Below the pieces are notes generated by a model. That model made no database searches. It was not told the DNA's origin and worked only from the letters and a program-made list of their open reading frames with translations. Position numbers and translations under genes: made by a program. 26,556 nucleotides of DNA from a bacterium (GTDB lineage: Bacteria; Methylomirabilota; Methylomirabilia; CAVQYV01): contig JAZDMQ010000007.1 of NCBI GenBank assembly GCA_043800755.1, forward strand, positions 1 through 26,556, written 5' to 3'. The number at the start of each line of letters is the position of its first letter. Position 1 is the first letter of the stretch. Shown piece by piece: positions 24,571 to 26,556 of the stretch.

Positions 24571-24628
24571 CGCTAACGGTCGGCGTGTCCGGCGCGGGTA
24601 CCGCGTACGGACCACGCCGTTGTTCGCC
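24571..24628 (-). mobile_element. Integron attC site (58 bp)
   Basis: GGCGAAC-AA-CGGCGT(G)GTCCG-TA-CGCGG-TAC-CCGCG-C-CGGAC-ACGCCG-ACC-GTTAGCG; the extrahelical G fixes minus-strand orientation. Confidence 0.85.
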
Positions 24629-24632
24629 GTTC

Positions 24633-26556
24633 CTATGTCGTGTTCCCGGAAAACGCGCCGGGCCAACCGCCTTGGGTTTCGATCACCTTGTCAATCTCGG
24701 CCATGAGGCGGATCGTCTCATTCAGGGCAACGGCGATCTTCTGGTAGTGTTGGATGTCTTCGTAGGTCAGGGTGCGCCCTTTGCGGTCCTTGAGCCACTT
24801 CTCGCAGACTTGGTAGCCGCCGATGTGGAAGTTCCAAACTGCCGCCGGTACGCCGCCGAAGTATTGGTTCGGGTTGATCCAAACGCGCTTGTCCTTGTCC
24901 GTGTATTGCACCTTCGCGATGGCATCGGTCCCCTTCTCAGGGAATTCGGTAATGAGGTCATTGAGTTTCGGCGATTCCATGAGGTGCAGGCCGACCAGTT
25001 CGCCTCCCATGGCTGCCAGACTGAAGAACAGGTCCCGGTTGCTCGTGAGCGGCAGGCGCGGGAAGTCAATCTTCAGGAACTCGGCGTAGCGCGTCCGGTA
25101 GGTCGGCGAGTGGAAGACGGCATAGGCGTAATGGAAGATGTCCTCGGGAGTCACGCCCATGGGCAGTCCGTGCGGCCCTTCCTGCGGTGCGTTGAGCCTC
25201 TCCGCCAACGCTTTCAGGAACTCAGTGTTGATGTTTGGACGGCGTTCGGCTGAAGTGTTCAGTTCGTCGGGATCGGGATAAAGGAAGAGAGGAAAGAAAG
25301 GACCACTACCAAACATCCCAGCGGTGTCAATTGCATTGACGTTCGCCAAGGTAGCAGAGACGAAGGCGTGCCTGTAACCACGTGAAGCTTGCCGTGAAGC
25401 CATCATTGCGAGATTCGGTCCTGCAATCATGTGACGCATAACCGAAAATCCAGGAGTACCAATGAAACCACGCGTCTGACCACTATACCAAGTATGCCGG
25501 ACATCAAACGGACGGTATAGGATTGGCCTGAACGCCTCACTGTCCCGATGCGCGTTTACGTCGGTTTTCGCATTAACAATCTTCCAGTCACGGCTATCCG
25601 GCCCAAGTCGGTACCCCTCTCGAATCGCCTTCTCATCCAGTTCCCGGAAGTCCCGAACAGTCTGTTTGATCCCCTGTTCATCGAAGTGGATTGAGACTCC
25701 ATCACGTTCGGTCTTGACCCCTTGCCCATGGAAGATAAAGGTTTCCCGCAGTGAAAACGCTTTCTCATACTCCTCTCGCACTTCAGTGTCCTTCGGTACG
25801 AAGAAGAAGTACGGTTCGGCGGGTCTAAGTTCCTGCCACTCGGTCGTCCGGGCATCGTTCTGCCAAAGCCAGTGGTACTTGCCGCCGGTGAGTTGCTCGC
25901 CCTCGTAGATTTCGCGCCGACCCCACAAGTCAGCATGGAAAACACGGGCCGGGACTTTCGGCTCGTCTTTCCCTTGCTTCAGTTTCACCGCCAGCAGAAT
26001 GGAAACGCCTACGGTAATGTCGAACACATTCTCGTCTTTGCCGCCCTCCGGTGTCTTCTCCTTCTTCAGTAAACTGCCGTGGAGGTTGAGGACGAAGATT
26101 TCGTCGAACGTTTGCATCAGCACCTGCCGCATTCGGCGGTGCGTGATGCCGTCCAGATAACTGTTGTTCGTAATGTAGCCGAGAATGCCGTATCCCGTTT
26201 GCTCAATTCGCCACTGGGCGAAACGGATAAACTTGATGTAATCGTCGTCGAGATTCAGTTTCTTTTCGTTCAGGTCCCGCTTGTAGTCCTTTAGCAAGTT
26301 CAGAATCCACTCTCCGCGATTCATGCGGCCGAAGTTCGCGTACGGGGGATTGCCGAGGACCACCATGATCGGACGTTCGCGTTTGATCTCCGCGGCGGCG
26401 TTCGCTTCGCGAGAGACGAACTGGCCGAGGAGCACCTCCGATTTTTTCGCAGCCTCTTCCAGCGTGTTGGTCAGGTAGATGCCGAGACGCTGGTCGCTGC
26501 CGAAAGTGTAGCCGGACTGCTCAAGGAGCATGCTGATTTTGAGGTGCGCGACGGCA
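24633..26556 (-). CDS. N6-adenine DNA methyltransferase/TRD, Type ISP-like or Type IIG restriction-modification enzyme (5' part outside window)
   Basis: AVAHLK, IYLTNTLE, VLGNPPY, DDYIKFIR, ITNNSYLDG, LNLHG, ENVFDI, YRPFD, YA.FHSP.YR.RY..FLKIDFPRLP, IGGYQVCEKWLKDRK; frame open at the window edge. Confidence 0.9.
   Translation of the reverse strand, partial: AVAHLKISMLLEQSGYTFGSDQRLGIYLTNTLEEAAKKSEVLLGQFVSREANAAAEIKRERPIMVVLGNPPYANFGRMNRGEWILNLLKDYKRDLNEKKLNLDDDYIKFIRFAQWRIEQTGYGILGYITNNSYLDGITHRRMRQVLMQTFDEIFVLNLHGSLLKKEKTPEGGKDENVFDITVGVSILLAVKLKQGKDEPKVPARVFHADLWGRREIYEGEQLTGGKYHWLWQNDARTTEWQELRPAEPYFFFVPKDTEVREEYEKAFSLRETFIFHGQGVKTERDGVSIHFDEQGIKQTVRDFRELDEKAIREGYRLGPDSRDWKIVNAKTDVNAHRDSEAFRPILYRPFDVRHTWYSGQTRGFIGTPGFSVMRHMIAGPNLAMMASRQASRGYRHAFVSATLANVNAIDTAGMFGSGPFFPLFLYPDPDELNTSAERRPNINTEFLKALAERLNAPQEGPHGLPMGVTPEDIFHYAYAVFHSPTYRTRYAEFLKIDFPRLPLTSNRDLFFSLAAMGGELVGLHLMESPKLNDLITEFPEKGTDAIAKVQYTDKDKRVWINPNQYFGGVPAAVWNFHIGGYQVCEKWLKDRKGRTLTYEDIQHYQKIAVALNETIRLMAEIDKVIETQGGWPGAFSGNTT

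Overview
GC-rich bacterial window with three parts. (1) 189-13650 is core-like DNA. An ArnT/GT-C glycosyltransferase is followed by an unusual operon with two LuxE-like acyl-protein synthetases and two LuxC-like acyl reductases. The second LuxC is fused through a small helical (DUF2621/PCP_red-like) domain to a radical SAM/SPASM enzyme, and an iron-sulfur flavoprotein closes the operon; there is no luxAB or luxD. Next come thyX, a class II aldolase and an ECF sigma/ZAS anti-sigma pair with a probable leaderless ECF promoter. (2) 13682-19149 is a 5.4-kb isoprenoid module bracketed by a perfect 33-bp direct repeat. It holds a broken and an intact lycopene-cyclase-domain membrane protein, a MacB/LolD-type ABC pair and an AttH/CrtC-like::GGPP-synthase fusion. 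(3) 19254-26556 is lower-GC accessory DNA: a BrnT/BrnA-type TA pair and a minus-strand integron-type cassette array with two intact and several decayed attC sites and no integrase in the window. The array carries a Type ISP-like/IIG restriction-modification gene, a UPF0489 protein, an ApeA-like HEPN protein, a 3-TM protein and a Nudix hydrolase, plus group II intron remnants. All family calls come from motif recognition by eye; no database searches were run.
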